64,000 nucleotides of DNA from Oopsacas minuta. Lineage: Eukaryota; Animalia; Porifera. The notes below the pieces were generated by a model. It was not told the origin of the DNA, ran no database searches, and saw only the letters and a program-made list of their open reading frames with translations. Every line of letters starts with the position of its first letter. Position 1 is the first letter of the stretch. The translations under genes were made by a program, and so were the position numbers. Positions 23,461-36,656 of this stretch are shown here, one piece after another. The stretch is from assembly GCA_024704765.1 (NCBI GenBank), contig JAKMXF010000061.1, forward strand, positions 1-64,000, read 5' to 3'.

Positions 23461-24770
23461 CAGGGTGGCCGCTAAGTTCTGATACAAAAATTCAATTACA
23501 ATATAACCTTGATCGTATTGTATTTACAGTATTTTGACTATCTAAGACTTTTCATATAACCTTCTTAATGTATTCATATTCGATTTAGCCTACAATTTTC
23601 ACAAAAATTTATACTATTGACCATGAGTCATGAGAGGTTAGTAATTGTTGGATTATACCCGGCGGAAAAAAGCCCTCCTGAGATTTAAAAAATGTTAAAT
23701 ATTGCTAAAGGACGGAGAGCATTCATCTACAGGACAATGAAACGTTACAATGAAACTGGGGACACAAACGACAAACCAAGATCTGGTCGTCCTTGTTCTG
23801 TGAGAACCGCAGCCCTCAAGGAGAGGGTGAGGGAACGGAATCGGCGAAATCCACGGTTATCCATGAGAAAAATGGCCTAGGAGTTGAAAGTTGTACGTCA
23901 AACTGTCCAAAAAGTGGTACACCGTGACTTGAAAATGAGTTGTTTTCAAAGAAAGAAAGTACAGTTCTTCTCAGAGTTAGTCAAGACAAAACGATTATTG
24001 AGAAGCAAGGCGTACTTGCAAGACACGCTACCGGCGGACTCGAAAATATCATCTTTGCAGATGAAAAGATTTTCACTATAGCTGAGGCTACGAATGTTCA
24101 AAATGATCGTGTGATCTCTACAGCTAGCTCAGACATCCCTGATAAGTTTAGGTACATCAGTCGGAAAATGAAACCTCTCTCAGTGATGATTTGGGCTGGT
24201 GTCTCTGCTGTTGGCCGCACGCCATTGATTTTCGTACCTGCTGGAGTGAAAATCAACGCGAAAACTTACAAGGACTTGATCCTAGAGCTGTTATAAAAGA
24301 TCTGAGCCAGACAATGTTTTCCGGACAGCCATTTGTTTTCCAACGAGATGATGCTCCTGCTCATACGGCGATTACCACACAGGACTGGTTAGAGGGCAAA
24401 CCCCCCGATTTTATCCGAAAGGAAGAATGGCCTCCATACAGTCCCGATTTAAATCCAATGGACTATTCTCTTTGGTCCATCTTGAAGAATAGGGCTTGTT
24501 CGGTTTCACACAGCACTATAAAGTCCCTGAAAAAGTATTTGTGTCACGAATGGGAGAAATACCTCCAGGAAACCCTGCGTATCGTAGTGGAAAGTTCCAT
24601 ACCAGACTCAAAGCTGTAATTTCCATAAAAGGAGGATATATAGATTAACTATTTTAGTAATTGAATCATAACAGTAGTAAATAGTCGTATATGCAATATT
24701 AACATTATTTTCCAAGTAGTGAAACTATAATGGAGAAAATCCTTTGCATCAGAACTTGACAGCCACCCTG
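23461..24770 (+). mobile_element. Tc1/mariner DD37D (maT/mori-type) element, 1310 bp, frameshifted
   Basis: TIRs CAGGGTGGCCGCTAAGTTCTGATACAAA / CAGGGTGGCTGTCAAGTTCTGATGCAAA with TA on both flanks. IFADEK, QRD...WPPYSPDLNPMD with 37 residues between the last two Asp. Confidence 0.92.
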
Positions 24771-26149
24771 TATCGAATTCTTTTTAATTATTCGGTTGGT
24801 AGAATATCGGCCATAATATTTAGCGGAAAACTATTTCGATCACTACTACTACCCACGCTTAACGTTATCCCTTGCATAATTTACTGATTACCAGATGATA
24901 ACTAGATCTCACTACGAGTATACATGTCAAATATGGTGTCCTAATATCTAAAGATGTGAACAAAAGATTCATAAGATTACAAGTAATACTAGGAGCTCAA
25001 CGGACACGAAAGGTTCGCAGGCTGCATAGAACATACGCACGCATCTACTTCTACCATTCTATGATAAATTGTAAAGGGGCCGAAGTCACCTAGATAAAGC
25101 CTTTCGCAGGAGCTAGCAGAAGCGGCGCATGAAGGGTGATTTTAGGCTAGTAATTGTTAAATACATCTCGAATTATTCATTAACTATCTGTTCGAGTCAA
25201 GAGACCATCCAAAATGTAATTACTCCAAATAAGTTTGGAGAATGATAAAGATCGGCGACTGTGATACGAGTAGATTACTCTCGGCTATGGTTGGCCCAGC
25301 CTGTGAAAACATCGTTAGACTAAGGTAGCAAAGTGTAATTTGCAGTAACTATATGTTGGTTAGTGTAAAATGTAAAATGGTCGAAGAAGGAGAATTTAAA
25401 ATCTGATTCTCTGGAGGCCTTGTTAGAGTAACTCTAACATAACTTTCCGGGTAGACTCTTCGTGGTTACTCGGATCAGCTAGATAATGGTATTAAACGTA
25501 GCTGACTGTAAATAATTTTGAATCGCTGAGTTTGTCATAAATGTTTAAGAAGTTGTAAGGAATATATCATAAAATATACAGTAAAACCATGCTTTCTAAG
25601 TTACTGATTTCAAAAAGGCAGGTATATTATTGAGTTTCAGCATCTAGTAGAGTTTGTGAATGAATAACAAATCAAGTCTTAAAAATTTGACAAGTACGTA
25701 CTGTGAAAATTGATGTGGGAGTTGAATTGTGGAGCATTTGTACTTTTAGAGTGAAGCATTATGAATAATAAAATACAACCATATTTAGTCAATATATATT
25801 TTGTCTGACTAAAAAAATTGGAATCAAAATCAGGTACAGATGGTAAATTAATAAGTTGATTTGGCACGTTGCACCATGGATTATATCCATAACATATAGT
25901 TTGCTGTTGCTGATAGAAAATGTCCAATAAAGTAATAGTAGCATTGGCTCTGCATATAAACTTCATTAAATTGGAAGAGCACACCTAGAGGCAAACAAAA
26001 CTACTCATTCCTAAAGTATGATTTCTGAAAGAATTTATATATATGCTACATTCCCAATCCTTAAGGATCGTTATTTACATACTTTACGAATGATTTTAAT
26101 ATCTATTGGAATATAAATGAGTTCACAAAAGAATTATCCTAATCTAGAA

Positions 26150-27427
26150 ACGTCAATTTCCTGAAATGGTTAAAGCTTGCAAGAAGAGAGTCACTCCGAC
26201 AAATATGACGTAACAGAGTATCTTTTGTATTGTCTTCAAAATTAAACTTGATAGGGAGCCCCTATCTGTAACTTCTGGTGTATTTGTTTAGGGATTTGAT
26301 GTATTCTTCAGCTGCATAAGTGATTTCAACCCGAAACCAAGATTATTTGTACGGGTATTCTGTTGTGGTTCAAATGTTGATACTAATTCTAGAACTGTTC
26401 TGTAAGGAAATATATCAATATAATGTGACAACTTTTGCTTAGGCAAGCATCACGCTATCATTGCATAAACTACTTGCTCATTCTGCGATCATTTTGCTGA
26501 TTACACAGATAATATCTTCCGAGTGAAAGTCATTGATAATCTATCTTGGGGTAATGATGATCAATTCTCCTACTTAGTGAAATCCCTTACATCAAGGAAA
26601 CAGTATCGTGCTATATTCCCTGTAGTACTGGCACTTCCATTGCATGAAGGAAGATCTATATGGAACCCAGTGTTTCCAATAAGAGATTTCGCATTGAAGT
26701 ATTGAAGTTTTGACCAAAGGGGAAGTAGGATTCCATCTTTCAGGCCGGCATTTAGGTGATAAATCAATAACATAAACCATGTATAATGGCACAAATAGCT
26801 ATCCAGTTGCGAAGCAGATATGATATTGATGTATTAAAATAGTGGATGAGTTAGTCCATACCTCATTTGAGATGGAGGCTTAAACTCTACATAAACTGTT
26901 GGTGATAAACTGCACATAATAGACCGCTCCACTGATGATGCTTGACATTTTCGATCAAGCATCATTCTCTTGAATGAAACATTGATTTGTCCCTGACCAA
27001 CCTTCAATCCAAGTACTTGACTTCGTCAACATTCTCCTTTGAAGGAATTAGAGCAACTAGAGGGCAACAAGGCGAACTGGGAGAAAATTAGTCAAAATTT
27101 CGGTTGCTGATTTATTTACAAGTGAGGGAACTTTAAACCCGAAGATAATAAATCATTTAATGGAAAGATTAGGATCAGAGTATATCTGATTAAATACCCT
27201 TAGACTTCCAGAACCATCGAAGCCATCAGTTAGCTCATTGGTAATTGGTAATTAAGACAGCTCCAAGGGAGGAAGCAATTGTAGTAATGGTTCAGCTGGT
27301 TTGTGTACAAACTTTGAATTTTGTATGCCTGAGCCGATTGATTCTCCCAGTTCATTATGGATTACATTGATTTCGTTGGCTGAGGTAATTTCACTCCGGA
27401 ATGCTGTTACCCTCTTGCAACCTGGAA
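26150..27427 (-). pseudogene. RAG1-core/Transib-like transposase remnant (T3), N-terminus replaced by a hAT end
   Basis: FPGCKRVTAFRSEI, DGFDGSGS (~27230), MMLDRK, YTWFMLLIYHL, GSASTTGNIARYCF, GFGLKSL, RKFNFEDN. Confidence 0.82.
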
Positions 27428-30400
27428 CAGGAGTGGCGCCAGGAAGTCCCCAACAAGGGGGCTTAGGTCCCCAAAGGGGGGGGTCTAATTTTGTGATATA
27501 CATCCTAGAATACACACTGTTTTACTAGACAGATAAATAACCATTCACACTTAACATTTATATTAGGCTAATAATGAGATTCTACATTTGGGGAACTTTG
27601 CTTTGAATCTACTTATTATGGTGTCTAAATCAAGCCCGCTACCTCGATCCCGATGAATTCCTAGAATTAATAAGCTATCCAAACAATCTTGTTTCATTAC
27701 TGAGCGGAGATCATCATTCATTAGCCGCATTGAGCTCAAATTTCTTTCACACTCAGCTGTTGATACTGAAAGGCGCATGCAATTATGACAATTCCATGAA
27801 GCTCAAAAAATGCCTCCTTTAACTTCTGCAAATATGCCTGTAATTCAAGTAGACTATTAGCCCTTTCTTGGTCTGCTTTTCCTTCTAATAAGTGTTTAAA
27901 AGTGTCAACTTCAAATTTAAGAACACTCAGGTCGAATTTGAATAACTTTGCGAAGAGGATGAATGAATTTTCATCCATGAAACTGCTCGAGGTAGTGCAT
28001 AAAGATGTGATTCCTCTCATCATGACAATATTTTCTCACTCAATCTCTTTGTGAGCTCTAGAAAACTTTGCTTATGATCTCACAAACATCAAAAAAATAT
28101 CCATCGAACCCTACTCCAGTAACTTCTTCAACATTACCCTCAATGACATAATCGTGCAAGGCTACAGGCATCCATTTTCCTCTGACAGGTCGTGCACTAT
28201 CAGGAAGGTTTAAACGATAGCTAACTTCTTCTGCTTAATCCCAAAACTTTTGACACAGCTCTCTCGCGCTACAGGCTCCAATTTCATCTTTTAATGTCCC
28301 AATTAGATCGATCGCCCCACTAAGATCATTTGTTGGCTTTTGCAGGATATCTGAGGCAAATTTTTCCTTCTTCAGAATATGCTTGGTAATGAGAAGATAT
28401 CCAATGAAGCGGCGATCTATCCGTAACAAGTAGCCAATTGGTTCAGTGGTACGGTTGGTGTTACTGTCGTCATCGATCACATCCTGCAGTACTTCATAGA
28501 CGATATCGATGCGTTTCCACATTGAGTCAAACTGTTTCGCTTGACAAGACCATTGAGTATCAGAAAATTTCCCAATCTCCATCTTCTTTACTAGATGTTG
28601 TCCTGTATTTCTCCCACCTGACATGAACCGTGCTGCTACACAAAAATGAGTGTAGCTGTTTGAAAAGTGATAACATATTGACCACACAATTGATTGAATA
28701 GACATCATCGACAATTACCAGATTTATTCTATGACAAAAGCAATGGATGTAATAGGTCATTCACCAGCAGTTTTTTCAGGAATTTTCTTTTGAACTCCTT
28801 TAAAATGACCAGAGACAACAGATGCACCATCATGGCCTTGTCCAACACAGTTCTCCATGTTCGCATAAACTCTTCTTAACTTCCGGATAATGGTATCGGA
28901 AAATCCATCAGCATCCAAACTTTGTGCTTCAGCAATGCCAATGAATTCTTCATGGATGATGTTTGGATAGCAGTATCGTAGAGCTACAACGACTTGCTCT
29001 TTTTTTCTGGTTTCTTTAGATTCGTCTGCAATTATGGTGAAATATTCCGCCTCATGAAGTTCTTGTTTGATTTGTTCCAATATCATGTCCTTCATGAAAT
29101 CCAACAAAGTATTCTGAACTGTATGGTGTGTGTATTTCGCATTCATTGGACCAGTGCGAATTCTCTCAGCCACAACGGATCATGTCTAGCAATTAGAGTT
29201 AGTATGCCAAGGAAATTTGCCACAGTATGGACCAAATTAATCCTTTTCCGTTGATATCATCCACTCGAAATCATCTACCGGTCTCACGTTGGGCAATTTT
29301 CCGTTGAGCAGTGAACAGCCAAACTTCACATAATGTGCGCATATATATCCTATTTTCTGTAATTAGCTCCGTATGTGCAAAGTCCTGGAGTTTAGCAACT
29401 GATAGAAAACTGCCAGACTTAACAGCTTGATACTGCGGATAAGCATCAACACATTCTGCATGCTGAAGGCTGACTTGTTGTTGCATAAGTGTGTTGTCAC
29501 GGGCTGTGGTTCCATAGCATTTCTTCCCATTGCGCATACTTTGGCTCACAAAGTGGGCTATTTTCTGTTTTGGAGAAATGTCACAGTGATAGCAGTAAAT
29601 ACCATCTTCGCATTCTGAATACTCTATCCATGGGTATCTATCATACAGGGATGAGGTAAATGCTCTATACTGCTTGCCAATCATATGCAAAGGGAACTTT
29701 ATGGTACGAGGCTGTACTTGATTAATCTCTCTTGACATAGAAATATCTTTCTTGCTTGGACTGTAAACTTTCTCACTATATTGAATTCCCAAATTTGGTA
29801 CCTGAATGCTAACATAGTCATCCTCATGCAGTGTACCTAAACAAATATATTTATCAATCAATACTACAAAAGTATAAACCATATTACAATAATTCAATTA
29901 TATGACTGAAACAAGGTTCCTACTAAATATGGCTAATATTGATTACAATACTGCTGAATGCATTACAATTTTATATACCTTTGTGTATGTCTTCGAGGAC
30001 AGCTGGATCGGTCTCTTCTGACATCTCACCAAACGAACCCTCTTCACTTCCATCTCTTCGCTAGGGATCGTATATTGAGAACTTGAATCAGAAAATATAG
30101 AGATACCACATGAGTCAAAACATAACTCCATCGATTTTTCTGTTTTAAAGGATTCAGCCAATTCAATTATTCTCCTCTTCGAAGTAAGGACATCTTCGAT
30201 ACTGGAACTAAAGAATGAATCCATTTTCATCAGACGACCATGATTTTCCTCAAAAATAACTGTTGCCGGTGGTGTGTGACCAAATGTGCGTAGATTTTTA
30301 TGCTTGGATTTTGTATGTCTTTCAACATAGTTGGTTTGAATACTTCTTTGCAACTAGTGCAACGCACATTGTAGCGAACAGCTTTGCCAAGTGTATGAAA

Positions 30401-30454
30401 TATGAATCCAATATTACGTATATGAATCCGTATATCATATTGCAACTAGATATA

Positions 30455-31786
30455 CAATTTGTCCCATAATTATTGAGACTAACAGAAAGGATAATATTTT
30501 ACTACACATTATTCATTGAATATTTTTCTACTATTTTATCGATAACTTCTAACGAATAGATCAATAATTAATTTTTGAACCATTCTGTTCTACCACTAGT
30601 CTACACCTATGACTCATAGACTTGTAGTATGGTGCTAAAAATTCGGGAGTGATATAATCCCATATTTCTTGGATCCTCTTTTCCAATTGGACCAAGCTAG
30701 TAAAGTTGTCCTTATATAGCTTTTGCTTCATCCAACCGAATATATTCTCAATTGGGTTGAGATCAGGACTTTGACTTGGCCATTTTCTTTGGTTTTTCTT
30801 CATATTTTTCTCCATCCAAGCTTTGGCGATCCTTGAGGTATGTTTTGGGTCGTTATCCTGAATGAGAAACCACTTCTGACCATGAAAAACCTCAGCTTGC
30901 TCAATCAAATGCCATTCCAATATGTTGACAAAGAAGGTAGCGTCCATATTCCTTCGAAAGAAACACAGAGGGAAGGTTCCCATACTTGAAAAGGCTGCCC
31001 AAATATGTAATTTAGCGGAATGCTTGGTTGTTAGCTGAATGACTTTCCGATTTCTTTTTGTCCATAGCCTAACTCGACCAGGTTTGAGCCAGAAAGAAGC
31101 TTCATCTGCAAACACAACGTGACACCAATGAATATTCTCATTTTTCTTGCCCCACTCAATACGTAACAGTCTGTTTTTCTCACTTAGCATTGGTACAAGT
31201 GTTGCCCAAGGCTTGCTGTACTCCATTTCCTGTAGGCATCTTCTAATTGTACTCTTCGACACTTTAGTGCAACTTTTCTCTTCTAGATTTGTGACAATTC
31301 CACGTATAGTCTTCTTTTTATCATGCTTAACATATTGCGCAATGCTATGCTTGATGAGGTTTCTAAGAATAGCAGGCCTTCCAGCACCTTTCTTGTGAAG
31401 TAAATTTGTACCTTCTTGAGAGTTTCTGAACGCGAAATACAGTCGCCTGCCCCAACTCCTAGAGTGGCAGCCATTTGATTTACTGTGTGTTTTCCTCCTT
31501 GGAGAAGTATTCTAATTTCATCCCGCTTGATAAATTGTTCCATCTAAGAAATAATAATATATAATCTATAATTAAATAATTATTAGCAATAATTGTTACG
31601 TCATCATCATAAAAATACTTGAAAACTAAAATTACAGATAAAATTGAAATATAAACATGCTCAAATCTATTAATAGAGTCAATACTATTGTTCAATAGAA
31701 TAAAACTTGACGGCAACAATGTATTAAGAAAAGTAGTCAAGGTTGCATTAAAATGATGTTAGTCTCAATAATTATGGGACAAACTG
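30455..31786 (-). mobile_element. Tc1-like DD35E element, 1332 bp, one frameshift
   Basis: TIR CA(G/A)TTTGTCCCATAATTATTGAGACTA, TA flanks, FADEA, QDNDPKH...WPSQSPDLNPIE with 35-residue spacing. Confidence 0.92.
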
Positions 31787-31815
31787 TAGTTTGAGCAAAG
31801 GAGTAAACTGGTGAA

Positions 31816-31921
31816 TCTTTGCCACTTCGCTATTCAATTACAGTAGCAATGATTCTTTGTCACTTGGCTATTCAATTCAGTAGCAATGATTCTTTGCCAC
31901 TTGGCTATTCAATTGCAATAG
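31816..31921. repeat. Short tandem repeat, ~37-bp unit x ~2.8
   Basis: Unit tctttgccacttggctattcaatt(a)cagtagcaatgat. Confidence 0.85.
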
Positions 31922-32169
31922 CATAGTGCTTCTCTGACAGTATTGCCGATTGAGTGAAAGTACATTATCAAACACATCAATAGTAAAAAGTTGAAAGGTG
32001 GAAATACTGGCGAATATCCTTACCGAGCTTAATACCTTCAGAATTAATATTCTTGTCAAATTTCTTCCAATTCCTTCCCCAACTGAGGGGCTGTAGCCCC
32101 CAGCGCCCTTCCCCCCTAGCGCCACCACTGAACAAAGGTATTCTTCAATGATAATATCTGCCTCCATGT

Positions 32170-33360
32170 TAGGCTAACAAACGTATGCCAAATCTGTGTT
32201 CGACTCTCATATCGGTTGATTCATCAATCTGTAAGCCAAACCAGCAGGTAACTCGAAGTTTTGGAACAGCTAATCTTTAAGGTCGAGGTTTATGTAATTC
32301 GCTCGCCGTGACATCGGGCAAGGGGAGTTCTTTCACTATTTTGACAGCCTTTTCACTATGAAGTTCTTCAGCTGCAATTTTAAGACTTGGTTTGGTGACA
32401 TCTTCGCCCTCAGTAAATGTCTCTTTTTGCTTGCACAAGACTTCAGCAATTCGATATGATGCTCCCTATAACCCAGTATCCCCATTAATACCCTTCATAG
32501 TTTGATTAAGGAGCATTTCTGTCTAGATATGAATTGACGCATTCTTTCGAAGAACTCTTTTGTTTTAGTTTGGTATTCTCTGTGGTTGCAAGATGTCGTT
32601 TCAGTTTTGCAACTGCTTGGGACGAATTGCTCAGTCGCTGTCCACAAATAAGGCATTCTCCCTCAGCTTCAGAACACATCATCTAATCATTTGGAAGGTA
32701 GAATCCGAGGGCAACATATCCGTCATTTCATTTTCTTGATTTTCTTACTTTGTTAAGTCAAATTTGTCCAATAACTCTTCTTTTATTCTTTGGCTGTTCC
32801 TCTAAAACTATATTTGTTTCTTCCGTGACTGAAAGACATCCTGCTCCAGAGACTCTGACGAACTATTCAGTGAATTTTCGGACAGATTTAGTCAGATCAA
32901 ACTGACAAATTAGACTGTTTCATTCAAATTTACCTTACTAGTATGACTTGGTTTGAAAAGTGTAAATATACATGAATACTTTTATTTATCAATATGCGGC
33001 CGGGGATAAAGGGATGTTATATCAATAGATTAAATATCTAATTCTTAGAAATGATAACTTATAAGACCATAAAAAACAAAAACTGCAATGTTTTAAATAC
33101 ACATTGAATCACTGAATGAAATTTTCAGTTTTCTAGTCTCCTATGATAATACTATAGCTATTAGCATGTTATTAATAATTGATGTTGTTGCAAAGTTAAA
33201 ACATATGAGAAATGAGAGAACATAGATATTTAGTTATGCTAACGATCTATTCTAAGACGTCATATTTTCTTAGAATAAAATTATCGAATTTAATTAGTCT
33301 AGATAATCATCTATGTCGCGGAACCCTAAAATTCAGTGGAACCCTGGTTGAGATTCACTG
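32170..33360 (-). mobile_element. hAT Buster/Charlie (ZBED5/ZBED8-like) 5' fragment
   Basis: Terminus CAGTGAATCTCAACCAGGGTTCC at 33360. Degenerate CLICGQRLSN...KLKRHL and FGLQIDES motifs at 32200-32740. Confidence 0.7.
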
Positions 33361-34692
33361 CCCTATGAGATAGGGCAACTTCCAAATCTAGTAACCATCT
33401 CACGAAGGTATGCATCGGGTCTTTGCCTTCTCATTCACTTAAGTGGGTTATGGTCTGCTGGAGCACAACTTTTTAGGCTGCCTTACATACACTGACAATT
33501 TCCGTGCTGCGAATACCAGCGCTCACGCCTCCAACTGGCGGAGCTGTTGTTTCTCTGGGTCAACTCCAGTCCTAGTGAATGGTGACATACACTCCCTAGT
33601 GCTAAAGTATTGGAACACTCTGCCACAATTGACATATGGAACAAATGTGTATTTACTTTAGTTGTATAGGCTGAGATAATTTTAAACATCTGTGAAGATA
33701 TTTCGATCTTTACTTTGATCCTTAGAATCGCCTTTTATCATATATTGACTATTCAGCACGTATATTCTCGCAAAGTGCCATATGCCACACGAGTCACTTA
33801 TGGTATGTTGCTTCAATACCTTTGGGCAGGGAGTGTATGGGTCTCAGTACGCGAGTTCTGTCATCCATTCGTGAGAGAACCGCCGCCACTCTCAGTGCAC
33901 TTGCATCCACTTCAATATAGAACGACTTTTCCTACCCAGGTTACTTCAACATCACCTTTCCTACACCAGATGCTGGTGTAGCACATAGAATGCCGCATCA
34001 CACTATGTCCCAAAACTCAGAATTTCAGTCGCCGAACTTGCATTGGTCGAGCTAGTTGAATACCAGGGGCCTTATTAACTAAAATTCTTAAGTCAAATTC
34101 TTAGAATAATTCTTAGAATTTCCCAACACTTAAGTCATATTCTTAGAATTTATAAAAGTGGTATTAACTAAAATTCTTAAGCCAAATTGTTAGAATTTTG
34201 CTTAACTTTAAGTCAAATTCTTAAAATATGACTCAATTCTTAGAATAATTCTAAGAATTCGAACAATTCTAAGAAAAATATTTAGTGAGGTAAAGAGGAC
34301 ACTTAACTTATAATTTATTCTACTTTTCAATAAAATGATAATCAAAACGCATTTAATAACAAGGAAGATTGTTTATCGCTTAAGACAATATGTTTGATTA
34401 TCATATCTACAAGTTGAACATCCGCAGCATAGAACTATAGTCGAATTACATACCAACTATATTTAGATACTATTTCTTGACGTCACTCTGAATTGTATTA
34501 TAACATCAGTAAATGTATTTATGTAATTAAATTATATCTCATATATTTTGAAATATAATAGTTTTGTATCTAAACTAAGGTAAATAAAGTCAATGTCATT
34601 TGAGTGACGTCCTGCAAAATATACGCAATCTATGCAATTTTATCCATTTACGTATATTATCATCTTTAGTGATAAGTATAAATAATAATAAA

Positions 34693-35478
34693 ATGTTAAC
34701 TAATTATGATAATATCTTAACAATCGCTCGCATTATGACCACTGAAAAATCGAAAACTCGTTCGAAGAATTTTACTCAGGAGGAGATTACGTCACTCGTG
34801 GATCTCATTCATGATCAAAAATCAAAATTGTTCGGCGCTCTAACATCAACTCTGACTTTCGATGATAAGAACACAATCTGGGAAGAAATTTCAGGGAGAC
34901 TGTCTGAATTACATGGGTATGTAAGAACAAGAGATGATGTCATGAAAAAATGGTATAATATACTAACAAAACATAAGCCTCGTATTGCAGATAAGTTAGC
35001 ATCAGCAAGAAAAACTGGAGGAGGTCCTGCAGATGCTGATTTGAATGAAATAGAAGCTAAAATCAGTACCATCAAAGGGAAGGAAGCTTTTGAAGGCATT
35101 GAATCGGGTATCGATCTCTCTCTTGAATCCCAATTTGCAAATGATGAAACTGAAAGTATGCTGATAAACCCAGTTCCCTCTGAAGATATTGAACAAATAA
35201 AGTTTTTCCAACAAGTCCCAAGAAAACGTCATCGTTTGGAAAATGACGAATTGGAATCGACCAAACGTGCAATTTTAGAGAAAGAAGATAAGAAATTAGA
35301 GATTTTGACTAACATTGATTCTAAGCTAGATCGGCTTGAGAGTAAATTCGATCGAGTGATCCAGATTTTGCAACATACAAGCAGCGGATCAATCAAAGAC
35401 ACTTTCTCTTCTGATGGCTCAAACTATGCCTCCTCTGCCGCATTTTCAGACATTGCCCCCTTCATTTCCTACTTCTAA
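34693..35478 (+). CDS. Harbinger ORF1, Myb/SANT-like DNA-binding protein (open frame; start codon uncertain)
   Basis: KNFTQEEITSLVDLI...WEEIS..L...RT..DVMKKW....RKTGGGP. Confidence 0.85.
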   Translation: MLTNYDNILTIARIMTTEKSKTRSKNFTQEEITSLVDLIHDQKSKLFGALTSTLTFDDKNTIWEEISGRLSELHGYVRTRDDVMKKWYNILTKHKPRIADKLASARKTGGGPADADLNEIEAKISTIKGKEAFEGIESGIDLSLESQFANDETESMLINPVPSEDIEQIKFFQQVPRKRHRLENDELESTKRAILEKEDKKLEILTNIDSKLDRLESKFDRVIQILQHTSSGSIKDTFSSDGSNYASSAAFSDIAPFISYF

Positions 35479-35602
35479 TTTGTCTTCATTGCCTCATTAC
35501 TTTCAAAGTCAAGACTAGGATCCTTAATTAAGATAATTATGTTATAAGTAAATCAGAGCCTAGTTCATTCATGTGCTCAGTTAATTAATTAAACTTCCTA
35601 TA

Positions 35603-36656
35603 TCATGTGAAAGAATTTATAATTATATTTTCTCGAACTAAAATCCCATTATCTGAATGTTCAGTGTCTTCTGTTTCGGTGTAGGGCATATCACTTTCCA
35701 AGTTTTCAATATCAATTGGGAGACCGCAATCAACACAAAAATTATGAAGTACCATGGAGGATAAGATTAGTTTGCAAACCCTCTCTGGACTATAGCACAA
35801 ACTGCCACCAGTCTTGTCCATTGATCTCCATCTGCTCTTCCATATTCCAAAGGTACATTCAATTGTCTTTCGAGTCTTCAGGAAAGCACGATTATACCTT
35901 CTTTCGCGAGGTGTAACAGGAGATAGTAATGGAGTCATAAAATTTGGGCGCAACGTATAACCACTATCGCCGAGAAACCATCCATCAAGAATTGGAATTT
36001 CTTTACTGGTGATCTTAAGATTGATTCCTGATTGCCTCCATATGAACGCGTCATGTGTGCTGCCTGGCCACTTCACAACTACATCAATAAACTTGAATAC
36101 ATCGTCACATATCGCTTGGACTTTAATTGAATGAAAACTTTTACGATTAACATAAATTGCTTCGTAGGTGCTAGGTGCAACAATTGGGATGTGTGCCGTC
36201 TATGCAACCTAATACTTTAAGAAACCCGAACTTTTCCATAAATCCATGCAGCATGCTCATCGGTCTAGCAGCAGTTGGAAACTGTATATACTCTTTCGCA
36301 ATTGAGCACAATGCATCTGTTACACCTCTAACACAGTTCGACACAGAGGGCTGGGAAATTCCATGAGCTGATGCAACCACAGTTTGGAAACTACCCGTAG
36401 CTAGAAACTGAAGAGTGACCGCTAATTGAGTTGTCACCGAAAGTGAATGAAATCGGCTTGTAGATCGAGACATGAAAGTCTCAATTTTATCATGTAATTC
36501 TAAGAACATCTCTCTTCTGATTCTATAACGAGAAATAAACTCTACATCTGTGTATGCATCAAGAGGGTTTAACCTGTCACGAAGTATTCTCTGGCGTCGT
36601 AAACTGCCTATTTCCAGCTCCAAAAGAACAAAAAGCGAGGCCATGAGTTTATACAA
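35603..36656 (-). pseudogene. Harbinger (HARBI1-like) DDE transposase with a frameshift near IDGTH
   Basis: LQFLATGS, GISQPSVS, GCIDGTH, KWPGSTHDAFIW, LGDSGY, TIECTFGIWKSRWR. Confidence 0.9.

Larger units (their letters stand above)
27428..32130 (-). mobile_element. hAT transposon (ZMYM1-like transposase with TTF zinc finger and hATC domain), disrupted, with nested Tc1
   Basis: Coding fragments 27560-29900: YPWIEYS..DGIYCYHC, IIADESKE..KEQ, GQGHDGASVVSG, YIHCFCHRINL, SDTQW, STAECER. Ends CAGTGGTGGCGCTAGG (32130) and CAGGAGTGGCGCCAGG (27428), 13 of 16 identical. Flanking 8-mers do not match, so pairing of the ends is unproven. Confidence 0.8.
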
